DNA of 64,000 nt from Aplysia californica (lineage: Eukaryota). The translations under genes were made by a program, and so were the position numbers. Location of the stretch: NCBI RefSeq assembly GCF_000002075.1, contig NW_004797570.1:814482-878481 (forward strand), read 5' to 3'. Position 1 is the first letter of the stretch; the number at the start of each line of letters is the position of its first letter. The notes under the pieces are model-generated. The model searched no databases. It saw nothing but the letters and a program-made list of their open reading frames with translations, and was not told where the DNA came from. Below, piece by piece: positions 1-12,122 of this stretch.

Positions 1-90
1 CCCCCCCCCTTCCCTCTCCCTCACACACACACTCTCTCTCCCTATACATAGGACAATACATATATACACACCCAAACAACCACTACTAAC

Positions 91-276
91 CTGCTTGGTG
101 ACCTCTCCCTCCTTGGCCTTGAGGTACATCAGACAGTTACACTGGGCGTTGACCCGTTTCTCCAGCTCAGACACGGCCATCTGAGTCTGCTCGTCGTTCA
201 TTGAGACCTTCTCTGGGCCGCCGGGCATGGCAGCGCGGGCAGATGGCGCGTCCTGGGCTACTGCTGGTGCTGGTAC
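91..276 (-). CDS. Gene A exon: first half of domain 3
   Basis: ctccag|VPAPAVAQDAPSARAAMPGGPEKVSMNDEQTQMAVSELEKRVNAQCNCLMYLKAKEGEVTKQ|gttagt; 186 nt. Confidence 0.87.
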
Positions 277-1532
277 CTGGAGGAGGAAAATGATGTAGTT
301 GTTGTTGTTGTAGTTGTTGTTGTTTCTGTTTCTGTTGTTGTTCCTGTCATAGTAAATGGTGACGATGCTGCTGATGATGACGATGATGATGATAAAGACA
401 ATGATAAAGATAGTGATAAAGATATGATAAAGATAATGATGAAGATTATAGCGTTGTTGTTGTTGTTATTGTTGTTGTTGTTGCTGCTGTTGTTTTTGTT
501 GTGGTCGTAGTTGTGGTTGTGATGGTTATGGTGGCGGTGGTTGTGGTTATGGGTATTGTTGTTGTTGCAGTTGTGGTTATTGTTGTTGTCAATGTTGTTA
601 CTGTTGTTGTGTTCGTTGTTGATGATGTTCTTGTTGGCGATGGAGGGGCTGTCTATCGTGATCATGACATGGTTATGGTGAAGATACTCAACACATATGG
701 GCACTCAACACACATGGGCCCTTTTCTGGACGAAATCAAGGCGATCGATAGAATGGAATTAAAGAGAGTTTAGTTTTAGTAAGAGCTTTGCGGTACTTGA
801 TTGATTGATTGGGTAGATGTTTTACGGCACTATCGACACAATTTTGGTCATTTAAGCGCCATCAGGTTTCACCGCTACAAAATCAGACGTGTTTTTAATA
901 AAGAGTCTCTCGGAGCTCGCAACCGCAAACGATCACACTATTTCAATTATGCTAAAAAGACGAACAAACATTTATTTTTAAAAATGTGTAAATATGGAAA
1001 AGGCTTATTTACATTTGTAATACAATACAAATTTCAGTGTATGTATATATACACGTTGCGGTACTTGCAACACGTAGGTTATGTAAGAGCAGAAGGTTAG
1101 AGGTGTTACTGGAGAGTATAAAAGTAACATACAAAGGAAAGGAGGGAGAGGGATGGTTGATGTTTAATAGGGAACAAGGAGCAAATCATATAGAGGAATA
1201 ACAGGTGGACTTAACGCAAGTTGATAACTGACCAACCACAGCCATCCTCCAACTTCCCACAGAAATCACGGCGATGTGAGTTTTCTCAAGCATACACCAT
1301 GCATAATGATTATTGATGTTTTACGGCACAATTGACACAATTTTGATTACTCACATGGCAGACCACATTGGAGATCTTATAGTTTGGCGTATTTCGGTCA
1401 CTGTACCAAATGTTGGCAGAGCAGGTCTGCACCTGAGGAACGGACAAGGAGGTTATAAATATAATGTATACGTTTGGAATATGGAATAGTTGTGTGAGAA
1501 CATATTATGTGTATGTCTGCACATATGAGCGC

Positions 1533-1585
<53 letters not shown>

Positions 1586-1696
1586 NNNNNNNNNNNNNNN
1601 NNNNNNNNNNNNNNNNNNNNNNNNNNNNNNNNNNNNNNNNNNNNNNNNNNNNNNNNNNNNNNNNNNNNNNNNNNNNNNNNNNNNNTGCGTGCGTGC

Positions 1697-1745
<49 letters not shown>

Positions 1746-1952
1746 TGTGAGTATATGTTCCTGTATATGCGCGTGTATGCGTTCGTATATGAGCGTGGAT
1801 AATATGTGTATGTACGTGAATGTATGAGTACATATGTCTGTGTATATATGCGGTCATATGTTTATATGCGTACATGGATGCAGACATGTGTATGTGCGTA
1901 CATGTACTCATGTAAGCAGTAGTGTGTAAATGAATGATTGATATATAGATTG

Positions 1953-1993
<41 letters not shown>

Positions 1994-4443
1994 AAGATTG
2001 AGTAAGTGTTTTATGGCACTTTCGAGTCATGTAAGTGCGAAGAAGTTTCATCGCCGCAGATCTATTACTACGTTAATTTGGTTTATTTTCATCAAACTCA
2101 AAAGATTAAGAAAGTGAGAATTGTCAAGTTTAGAAGAAGTTTGAAAGTGGATGTGAAGGATGAGAACGGCAATGTACCTTTTCATGTCACCTATGAAGAA
2201 GACTTCATTCCTATCCCTTTGACTAAACAAACTTTGAGTGATGTATCCCCAGCTGTTAACAATGTTGAATCAACAAACCATGAGATAGAAAATTATCAAG
2301 ATGAATCTGTGGCTAGATCTAGTAATAGTCAGTCAGATATTGTTTCAGACACTGGTAACAGTCAAGATGGTAAGAATAGGCCAAAAAGATCAATCACTAA
2401 GCCTAAACATTTGAATGACTATTATGTTGATGATGAGATTGATCATTATTTGAATGTCACAACAACTCATTATTGCTATGCAATTCATGATGTACCAAAA
2501 TCATACAAAGAAGCTATTTCCTGTGTTGCAGCCGACAAATGGCAAAATGCAATGCAAGGGGAAATGCGTACTCTGGAAGAGAAGGATACTTTTCAATTGA
2601 CTCCTTTACCTCCAGGCAGGGAAGCAGTTGGGGGGGGGTTATTATCAAAGAAGGCCAATCAAATGAAGCCCAATATAAAGCTAGATTTGTGGCTAAGAGT
2701 TATTCCCAGATACCTGATATAGATTATACAGAAACATTCTCACCCACAGCTCGCATGACCTCGATACGTACTTTATTGCAATTGTCAGTGTGTAATGATA
2801 TGAACATACATCAGATGGACGTTTGTTTTGGTTTGTCCCAGGTGTGTCAGCATCGTCGCCCATAAGTGTTTCTTAGCTTTAGTAAATGTTTTACGACACT
2901 TGGAACACAATAAGGTCATTTTAGTGCCGAAGATTAGAGGTGTAACAAGATAGTAATAGATGTATGATTGGAAAGAAGGAGCAAGCCACACCAGAGCACC
3001 CGCCAACCACCCACTTGTATGTGAATAAAGTACTATTTTGTGTGTTTGAGTAGGTGTTTCACGCACTATCGATTCAGTTTCTGTCATAACTTACCAAGGA
3101 AGCATCAGCGGCCACAGAGCATGTCGTCCTGTCGGTAGGGGTTCTGGAGCAAGAGGAGCCGTAGAAAGTTACGTCGGTCACGGTGAACAGGAGGCCGTTC
3201 ACCACCTGCCGAGACGCGAGACATGTTTGAACATCGTTGTTTGTACAATAATATAGACACACTATCGGAGCCATCTAAACCTTTACCCATAAAATATGAT
3301 ATTTAGACATGATTAATTACCTTTATTATGCAAACATACACACACACACACGCACACACACACACACACACACACANNNNNNNNNNNNNNNNNNNNNNNN
3401 NNNNNNNNNNNNNNNNNNNNNNNNNNNNNNNNNNNNNNNNNNNNNNNNNNNNNNNNNNNNNNNNNNNNNNNNNNNNNNNNNNNNNNNNNNNNNNNNNNNN
3501 NNNNNNNNNNNNNNNNNNNNNNNNNNNNNNNNNNNNNNNNNNNNNNNNNNNNNNNNNNNNNNNNNNNNNNNNNNNNNNNNNNNNNNNNNNNNNNNNNNNN
3601 NNNNNNNNNNNNNNNNNNNNNNNNNNNNNNNCCATAGCCTTGTTCCCTTACTAGCAATCCCCACTGACCTGCTTCGTGATCTTCTTTGCGGAGACAGCCT
3701 TGAGGTAGACCAGACCGTTGGACTGGGCAGTTTGCCGCTGCTCCAGGGCGCCCAGGGCATCCTGGACATCTTCATCAGTTATTGACACCACTTGTAGTGC
3801 TCCGAGCAAAGACCGGGCTGAAGGTGCGTCCTGTGGAACCACATGGTTTGATGGGATTTTTTTTGTGTGTGTGTTTTATTTTTTTATTTTTTTTGGTGGG
3901 TGGGGGGGGGGATAATATGAGGAAAGGAAAAAAAGGAGGAAGATATAAAGATGGAAAAAGAAAAAGAAGAAATAAAGGGGGGGAAAAGGAAGAAAGAAGA
4001 CAGAAAAGAAGGAAGAAGTGAAAGAAGAATGAAGTCAGAAAGAAGTCAGAAGAAAGAAGGAAAAAAAGAGGAACAAAGAAGAAAGAAAAAGGAAGGATGA
4101 AGTAAGGAAGAAATAAGGAAGAAGGAAGAAGCAGGAAGTAAGAAAGAAGTAAGAAGCAGGAAGTAAGAAGTAAGAAAGAAGTAAGAAAGGTAAAAGGAAG
4201 AATGAAGATGAAGAGGGAAGGGGCTAGGAAGGAAGTGGGAAGGAAGGAGGAAGGAAGGAAGAAAAGGGAAGGAAGGAAACAGGGGGAAAGGAGGAGCGAA
4301 AGGGGAATGAAGGAGGAACGAATGAGGCAAAAAGAAGAAAAAGGAGGAAGAAGAAGGAAGAAAAAGAACACCAACGTGAGCAAGAAGTAAAACAAGAAGA
4401 AAAACAAGAACAAGAAAAACAAGAACAACAAGAAAAACAAGAA

Positions 4444-4485
<42 letters not shown>

Positions 4486-7400
4486 NNNNNNNNNNNNNNN
4501 NNNNNNNNNNNNNNNNNNNNNNNNNNNNNNNNNNNNNNNNNNNNNNNNNNNNNNNNNNNNNNNNNNNNNNNNNNNNNNNNNNNNNNNNNNNNNNNNNNNN
4601 NNNNNNNNNNNNNNNNNNNNNNNNNNNNNNNNNNNNNNNNNNNNNNNNNNNNNNNNNNNNNNNNNNNNNNNNNNNNNNNNNNNNNNNNNNNNNNNNNNNN
4701 NNNNNNNNNNNNNNNNNNNNNNNNNNNNNNNNNNNNNNNNNNNNNNNNNNNNNNNNNNNNNNNNNNNNNNNNNNNNNNNNNNNNNNNNNNNNNNNNNNNN
4801 NNNNNNNNNNNNNNNNNNNNNNNNNNNNNNNNNNNNNNNNNNNNNNNNNNNNNNNNNNNNNNNNNNNNNNNNNNNNNNNNNNNNNNNNNNNNNNNNNNNN
4901 NNNNNNNNNNNNNNNNNNNNNNNNNNNNNNNNNNNNNNNNNNNNNNNNNNNNNNNNNNNNNNNNNNNNNNNNNNNNNNNNNNNNNNNNNNNNNNNNNNNN
5001 NNNNNNNNNNNNNNNNNNNNNNNNNNNNNNNNNGTGGGGGGGGGGAGATTTTAGTTTTAGTAAGGGTTTTTTGGGGGGAACTTGGGACACAATAAGGTCA
5101 CATAAATGTCAGAGATAAGGTATTACTAGAGAGTACTGTACATAGAAAAGAAGGATTTGTTTTTAGTAAGTGTTTCATGACACTTGTTTTATGTTTTAGT
5201 AAGATTTTTACGACACTTGGAACACAATAAGGTGATATAAGTGCCGAAGATCAGAGATGTTACGAGAGAGTATCAAACACAAAAAGGAGGAGGAGAGAGA
5301 AGGACGTTACTTTTTGATAGAAGAAAAGAAGGTGCAAACCACACCAGAGTACCTGTTAACCGCCAACATACGAGCACTTGAAACACAATGAGGTCACATT
5401 AGTGCCGAAGATAAAAGGTGTTACTAGAGAGTAAGAAAGCCACATACATAGGAAAGCGGGAGGAGACATAAGGACGATTGATGTTTAATAGCAAAATTGG
5501 AGCAAACCACACCACAGCACCAGCAACCATCAACGTCGAGTATTGGAAAACGTAGAAAAGTTACTGTGACGAAAATTATATAAGTGTACGTCGCTGAACA
5601 TAATTATCTTCGAGTGTAGTTTTTGTCATTGGTGGCGGCTAAAGTGGTCTGGAGTGAGAAAAGGGAGTCTTTATCTTCACTGTGTCATGTGTAATGAGCT
5701 GAAAACGTTTGCTAAACCATGATAAGATAGTGTATCAGTGAGTGTGTGAATGTGATCGGTTGTGGCAAGGACAAGAGGTGTGCCGGCAATTAACTGAGAG
5801 TTGACGGAGGAAGTAAGAGCAAAAACAACAGGCACCTTGTTCATGGTTGCATGTGAAGTTGCTTTGACCTATGTCCACATGTCTATCTGTCCACGTGTCT
5901 GTCTGTCTATCCCAGTCTCTCTTTTCTCTCTCTCTCTCTCTCTCTCTCTCCCCTCCCTCCCTCCCTCTAAGTGTACACGAACTTATACCTATCTTTGTTA
6001 ACACACCTTTTCCTCACACATACAAAACTTACATTTTCTCCGTTCGTGAGCTCGATGGTGTACCTGTAGAGAATTCCGGAGACCACCTGAGGACGACGTG
6101 ATAGAGAGTTAGTCAGGTAGTTAGGAGAGAGAAATATTTATGACCGACCGGGGGGGTCAAATGAACATACATGAAGTCTAAAGTTGTCTAAATTACAACC
6201 TGCTTCTGTGTTTCAGTTTTAGTTCTTATTCTCGTTCTCAAGGGGAAAGACTGCCTAATTTTTCTTCCCCTACCTCCTTCTTGGTTTCCTTCTACACGAC
6301 TGCCCTTCCTCAGATTCATATTACTTCGCCTTCTCTTCCCTTCCCTTCTTTCCTCCTCCTTCGTCTCCTACTAACTGCATTAGATCATCCTCCTCCCTCT
6401 CCTTTTTTCGTTACCTACCCCTTTTTCTGCGTTTCCTCCAACTCTTCTGGCCCCTGACCCTACGTCTCCTGCCCCTCCTCCTACCTCTCTTCCCCGCCCT
6501 CCCTCCTCCTAGTCCTCCCTCCTCCTTTCCTCGCAAATTCTTCAGTTTCTTCCTCTTCTTCCCCCTCCATCCTACGAGATGTTATCTCCAAACTAGTCCA
6601 GCCCGTTGACATTGGATGTGGTCACAAATCCTATGCATGAACATCTGCATGGTATCAGCCAGCTCTCCAGATGTGCAAAGTCCCAAATTTTGAAATATAT
6701 GTTACACGTTCTTAACTTGTTGTACCGGTTACATATACCTGAGAAATTTGGCCTAAATTCAAATTATAAACGGTTCTGTTTTTAAAAAGGAAAAAGATTC
6801 ATATCGCCGGTATACTTTTTGAAAGAGCTGAAACAGTTCTTTTTCCTTTAAAAAACGTGCTTTCCGTAGTTTTAGTAAGAGTTTCACGGCCCTTGCAATA
6901 CAAATTGGTCATACAAAGTGCCGAAGGTTAGTCATCTAACAAGAGAGCATCAAACAAAGAGCAACAAAAAAGGAGAAAAGACGAGGATGTCAGATCTTTG
7001 GTAAGGAAAAAGGAGCGAACCACAGCAGGGCGTCTGCCAACCACCCACGGACAGCTTTAAAGGCTCACCTGTGAAGAGGCGGAGACGAGGCGTACGGCAG
7101 TGCGGGAGGTGCTGTCACCGAGACCCTTGTAGTAGCTGTTGATGCCGTCCACGGCGAACTTGACGTTGGGGTCATCCAAGGAGGTCGTGTAGTCGTTGTT
7201 GATACCTCCTGCCAACATGGCGCCGGATATGAGCGGCAGGATTATACAGCCGACGAAGATGAGCTGTCGAGGGGAGAAAAATACATAGATAAGATAATAG
7301 TATCATGGTAATTGCAGGGTTTGGGAAGAACGGAGATTGTACGTGTGTATTGTGGTGAATTCAAGACAGTCTTCACCTATTTAGAAAATGCATTGGCGCT

Positions 7401-8697
7401 GAGAAGTCTGGGTTTATATTGACAGATTATGATGAAAAACAATACCATGTCATGACGCTTTCTTTCGAATTTCCTGGGGTGGCATAATAAATATCTGATG
7501 ACCAAAAGGCTGGTCTTCATCACAAAACATACCCTGAAAACTTCACAATAAATAACCGAAATAATCCTCTTAGATTTAGTCGGGTGCTAAGCACTTGCAG
7601 AAATCAGAAAAAAAGGCTTGGCAAATCTTTTTTTTACTGATTAATTGGAAGCCTACTTTACAGCATTATCGACACAGTTTGTCTATATTCGTTGAGAGCT
7701 TGGAGGTGCGATTTATGTAAAGAGGAGTTCGTATGCCAAAGACAGAACACTAGAAGCTCACATGCAGAAGTTATTGTGCACACCGTTTCAAACAACATAT
7801 TGCATATTAAGCCTTACTATCAACATTTAGAAAGTAATAAACTTGCAATAAAAAAATCCCGCAAGGCGTCTTTCTCCTAGATAATATAAGTTAGATATAT
7901 ATTTGTTTACAAAATATTTTTAGGGGGGGGGTATTTTGTTTATATGAGTAAAGAGAAGCACATCGTCACAATAATGGCCAGCTAGTCCTACGAAAAAATA
8001 AGACAGACAGAAACTACAGAGGGAAAGTAAACAAGTAAGACACACCAGTGGCGCTTAAACCACCCGCTCTTGATGGTTTGTCGATTTCACAAGCCTCCAA
8101 CTGCCTAGTACAAAGTCATATATTGTCTAGTGGCATTTACCGCCTTTTTCACACTTCAGTAACAACTAGGAAACGTTTTCCATTTAAGTGAAGTTAACAA
8201 ACTGGTGATGATACCAAGGACGGCAGGTGGCGCCACATTCAACGGAGGCAAATAATTATTGAGGAGAAACCCAGCATGGAATATAATCACAAATTTAGGA
8301 AGACTGTGTGATGAGGAAGGTTGAAATAAACCAGTGGAGTGTACTTGTATACTTTTATTGCTTGTAACTTCATTGCTGTTGTTGACGTTGTTGTCGTTAT
8401 CGTTATCGTTATCTTTGTCCCTATCGTTGTCGCTATCTTTGTCGCCATCTTTGTTCCTACCGTTGTCGCTATCGTTGTCACTATCTAATATCATTGCCAT
8501 CGTTGTCGTTGTCATTTTCGTTGTCGTTGTCGTGGTTGTAGTAGTCGGGAAGGCTTGTAATTACTGGCCTCTTATATTGTTTTTAGTTTTGGTTTGCTGT
8601 TTACACTTTCCATAGCCATTTCCATCCTTGTTTGGATGAGTATAATAATGTTTACGACACATTTGTCACAGTATGGTCAGAATAGTCGCACTCCTTG

Positions 8698-8762
<65 letters not shown>

Positions 8763-9173
8763 GCTGCTGTTGTCATGGTTGTAGTCACTGTTGCTACTGT
8801 TGTCTATGTAGTTTTTTTCTTTTTCATTTGTCATTGTTGCTGTTATTGTCATTGTCGTCATTTCTACTGCTGTCACTGTTGCTGCTGTTATTATTGTTGT
8901 TGCTGTAATTATTATTGTTGCTGCTGTTGTTGTTGTTAATGCTGATAAAGATGCTGCTATTTTCAATTCAGTGACAACTATTTCTGTCCTCGTTTTTTTA
9001 AATAGTTGCTTCAGTGATTTGTAATTATAAGCCATGGAGCGACACTTAATATAAATAGAAACTGAAATGTAGAACATTTTGGTTGGAATGCGTCGTTCAG
9101 TAATAACTGTATTTATTTGACAATCAAAAAACCTACCGCAAACGTGAGAGAGAGAGAGAGGGGGGGGGGAGAT

Positions 9174-9252
<79 letters not shown>

Positions 9253-9879
9253 GGAGGGGGGTGTCGACATCAATGTTTTATACTCCTCCAACGTCGTTAC
9301 ATTGTCACTAAAATGAAAAAAAGAACAACCAAAAAAATAAACATGCTGAGACAACGATGTCTTCGTCCTTCTACCAAGAACATGGCTTGTCAGTGTGTAA
9401 AACCTTTAGTTTCCCCCGTGTAACAGGGAGGTGCCAAAGTCGCAAAAGTGTTACAGCACAGTTGGTTGCTACAACACTTTAAGCCAGTGTAAATGTTCCT
9501 GGCAAAACAGCACAGTCAGAGGCACATGGTGGACAGCTGTCACCTCACGATTTGTTATTGACAACATGGCTTATGTGTCATGGTCACAACAGGTTTACGG
9601 TCACAGGAGAAGGTAATTTACATCAGCACAAGACAGGAATGTGAAATGTTTTATACGACACAGATCTAGTTTAGTCTCAGTTCCCAGTGACTTCAATCTT
9701 AGAGATATAGATTGTGAAACGCGTAGGGCTTGCTGCTGAGCGAGGATATAGTAGATCTAGATATCTAGCGTTTTATAAATCAATGCTATTTGTTATTAAA
9801 ATTTATTTTTATATTAAATCTCAATCTCTCGTTTCCTGTCCGACTATTCGACCCTGGTATTATTCTGACTTACCTTCAT
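91..9879 (-). CDS. Secreted multidomain cystatin (gene A, at least 3 domains); 3'-partial
   Basis: Exons 9879-9874 (MK), 7263-7069, 6086-6033, [domain-1 C-terminal exon not seen; gap at about 4486-5032], 3830-3669, 3205-3095, 1432-1355 and 276-91. All visible junctions are phase 0 with AG/GT. Signal peptide and the QVVSG and QVVNG loops are present. Confidence 0.87.
290..640. repeat. Degenerate (GTT)/(GAT) trinucleotide tract; similar tract at about 8370-8940
   Basis: Simple-sequence repeats that produce the poly-N/V/C ORFs in the track. Confidence 0.9.
1355..1432 (-). CDS. Gene A exon: end of domain 2
   Basis: cctcag|VQTCSANIWYSDRNTPNYKISNVVCH|gtgagt; 78 nt, same length as the gene B counterpart. 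Confidence 0.87.
2030..2825 (+). mobile_element. Ty1/Copia LTR-retrotransposon pol fragment (integrase-RT linker and RT start), frameshifted; in a gene A intron
   Basis: RPKRSITKPKHLNDY, PKSYKEA...WQNAMQGEMRTL, YKARFVAKSYSQIPDIDYTETFSPTARMTSIRTLL...IHQMDV; frameshift near the G run at about 2630-2638. Confidence 0.88.
3095..3205 (-). CDS. Gene A exon: middle of domain 2
   Basis: cggcag|VVNGLLFTVTDVTFYGSSCSRTPTDRTTCSVAADASL|gtaagt; 111 nt, same length as the gene B counterpart. Confidence 0.88.
3669..3830 (-). CDS. Gene A exon: first half of domain 2
   Basis: ccacag|DAPSARSLLGALQVVSITDEDVQDALGALEQRQTAQSNGLVYLKAVSAKKITKQ|gtcagt; 162 nt. Confidence 0.85.
5050..5535 (+). repeat. Cluster of copies of an abundant ~150-200-bp dispersed repeat
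   Basis: Consensus ttttagtaagagttttacggcacttgcaacacaaataggtcatataagtgccgaagattagaggtgttac...gaaggagcaaaccacaccagagcaccc. Other copies near 1060, 2880, 6870, 13090, 32550, 38530 (-), 43460, 47110 (-), 47900, 48450 and 53430. Confidence 0.85.
6033..6086 (-). CDS. Gene A exon: middle of domain 1
   Basis: cctcag|VVSGILYRYTIELTNGEN|gtaagt; 54 nt. Confidence 0.88.
7069..7263 (-). CDS. Gene A exon: signal peptide plus first half of domain 1
   Basis: cgacag|LIFVGCIILPLISGAMLAGGINNDYTTSLDDPNVKFAVDGINSYYKGLGDSTSRTAVRLVSASSQ|gtgagc; 195 nt. Confidence 0.9.
9874..9879 (-). CDS. Gene A first coding exon (MK)
   Basis: gccaacATGAAG|gtaagt, about 100 nt downstream of a TATA box; completes the signal peptide MK-LIFVGCIILPLISGA. 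Confidence 0.75.
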
Positions 9880-9980
9880 GTTGGCTGTATAGTTGTTGTT
9901 TTCTCTTTCTCACAAAGTGTTTGAAGGAAGGAATTAAGTAGTTATGCGATCCTTAGTGCATAAACAAACCACACGCGGGC

Positions 9981-9988
9981 CTTTTATA
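9981..9988 (-). promoter_or_regulatory. TATA box of gene A
   Basis: Minus-strand TATAAAAG about 100 nt upstream of ATGAAG|gtaagt. Confidence 0.65.
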
Positions 9989-11029
9989 CACGCTGGAGTG
10001 AGTGGGCGCCGTTTCAGGGGATTGTCTCAGGCGGTCTTGACAATTTCGGTCTTCACGGAGATACTTGGCAGATAGGAGACATGGAGGACACGAGTTTGGC
10101 ACGTCTTTCTTGCTCAAGCTATGAATCTTCTTCACTCATGACCAGTTCTCAATTATTGCCTCAAAGGGAGGCAGTGGTAATTGTTTGTTAAATAATATTG
10201 GACAATGATTAAAGACACGTTGAAAAATGCCCCGCTTTTGTTCTTCATATTGTAAACAAAATCGCAACAGTTTTATGTTTGGTCAGAGGTCATCATAGGG
10301 CTGTAAGACCAGAAGTCTCACAACCGGTCACGAAATAATCTCCGTATTGTGTTGAAGAGGTTGTCATTTTTTAAAGCATACCTTATATGGTATTGTGTTT
10401 TTGTTTTGGATTTATTTTTATCTTTATCGCCACAATAGCTTATCAGCTGTAAGATAGTATAGAGTCTGAGGATTGACCCGACAACCCTTGTGCAAGGTCA
10501 ACTGCAAAACACTGGGCCATCAACAGATGTGGATATGACAACTTATTAAAGAAATCAGTCCTTTTCACTTTTTTTTAGTTTAGGCCTATTTGTTTTGTTT
10601 TTCGGGGTGGAGGGGAGGAGGGGGGGGGGAGTTGTTGAGTTTTGTTTGGCTTTCACTTGTACTTGGATATGTTCCGTTCTGCTTTGTTCAGTTTTAGTTT
10701 GGTNNNNNNNNNNNNNNNNNNNNNNNNNNNNNNNNNNNNNNNNNNNNNNNNNNNNNNNNNNNNNNNNNNNNNNNNNNNNNNNNNNNNNNNNNNNNNNNNN
10801 NNNNNNNNNNNNNNNNNNNNNNNNNNNNNNNNNNNNNNNNNNNNNNNNNNNNNNNNAATCTAGGCATCGTTCTTCCCGCACAAGAAGAAAGGTGCATGGA
10901 ACTGCTCTTCGCAGCACCAATTTGGTGCAAGCTAAAAATTAATTGATCCAAGTTTCCACAAGCCTATATACTACACTGGTAGAGTCTATGGTAACTCAAT
11001 GAAGAATGGGTATCAAAACTGTTGTCTCC

Positions 11030-11820
11030 CTCTATTGAAGCTACGTTTCCCTGATCTTTCCCTGTTACCCATTTGTTCAGGTTCCTTAAGTATGTTGTTC
11101 TGGGCCTACCCCTGCCTCGCTTGCCCTCATTTATGCCAGTGAGAGCTAGATGTTCAAGACCCTTATGTCTATTCAGGTGTCCCAAAACTGCATTTGTCGT
11201 TTCCTGATTGTTTTTAACATTGAGTGTCCCACGTGGGCTTCATCAAGGACTACCTCATTTGATTTCTTTTCCTTCCACGATACTCTTAGCAGTCTCCTAA
11301 GAAACCACATTTCTGTGGCTTCTATTTTATTTTCACTGTCTTTAGTGATTGTCCAGCATTCACAACCATATAGAAGGGTTGATCAAACGTAGCATTTCAG
11401 GACTTTCATTTTGGTGTTCATTAAGATGTTTCTATTTTTCAGGATTGGGCTCATTTTATTGAAACTAGCCTTAGCCGTTGCAGTTCTTCTTTTAATTTCT
11501 GTGGAACATTTGGTATCAGGTGTTATCATATATCCTAGATGTTTAAGCTGTTGGACTTGTTTGATCTTTTCACCTTTGCTAATGAGATTACAACTAGGAT
11601 TTGCTGCTTTTTTATATTACCGTGAATTCCGTTTTCTTTACATTCAACAATAATCCTTTACGTTCACTTTCTGTTACAACAGTATCTAGAAGCAATTGAA
11701 GGTCCTTTTCGGAGCCTGCTATTAATACTGTGTCATCTGCATACCTGATGTTATTAATAGTTTCTCCACTTACTTTTGAGGCCTGGACATTCTTTTATGT
11801 TTCTAAGTATTGTTTCACTG
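11030..11820 (-). mobile_element. RTE-clade LINE 3' fragment, degenerate
   Basis: INNIRYADDTVL at about 11720-11758 and GHLNRHKGLEHLALTGINEGKRGRGRPRTTYL. Confidence 0.85.
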
Positions 11821-11999
11821 GTCGGATAAATGAATGTACCTTTCCATGACTATTCTTGGAATATTACAGCAGTGGTTTCCCGTTCCCTACATATTATATA
11901 AATCTAGTTAAGCTAATTAGTATGGTGGGAGAATCTAGATCTAGAGCCAAACACTGTTTATTTAAGGCGAATGTGTCATTTAGATCTTCAAGTTTGTTG

Positions 12000-12122
12000 A
12001 TCTATCTAGATCTAGATTCTATTCTAGATCTAGATTCTATTCCAGATCTAGATTTTACTCTAGATCTTGATCTAGATTCTAGATCTAGATTCTAGATCAA
12101 GATTCTAGATCTAGATCTAGTA
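12000..12122. repeat. (TCTAGA)-based simple satellite
   Basis: tctagatctagattc repeated imperfectly. Confidence 0.85.

Noticed and set aside
258-773. Low-complexity ORFs here and at 3775-4485, 8156-9077, 31577-31933, plus all X-containing ORFs
   Set aside because: They are translations of microsatellites, purine tracts and N gaps.
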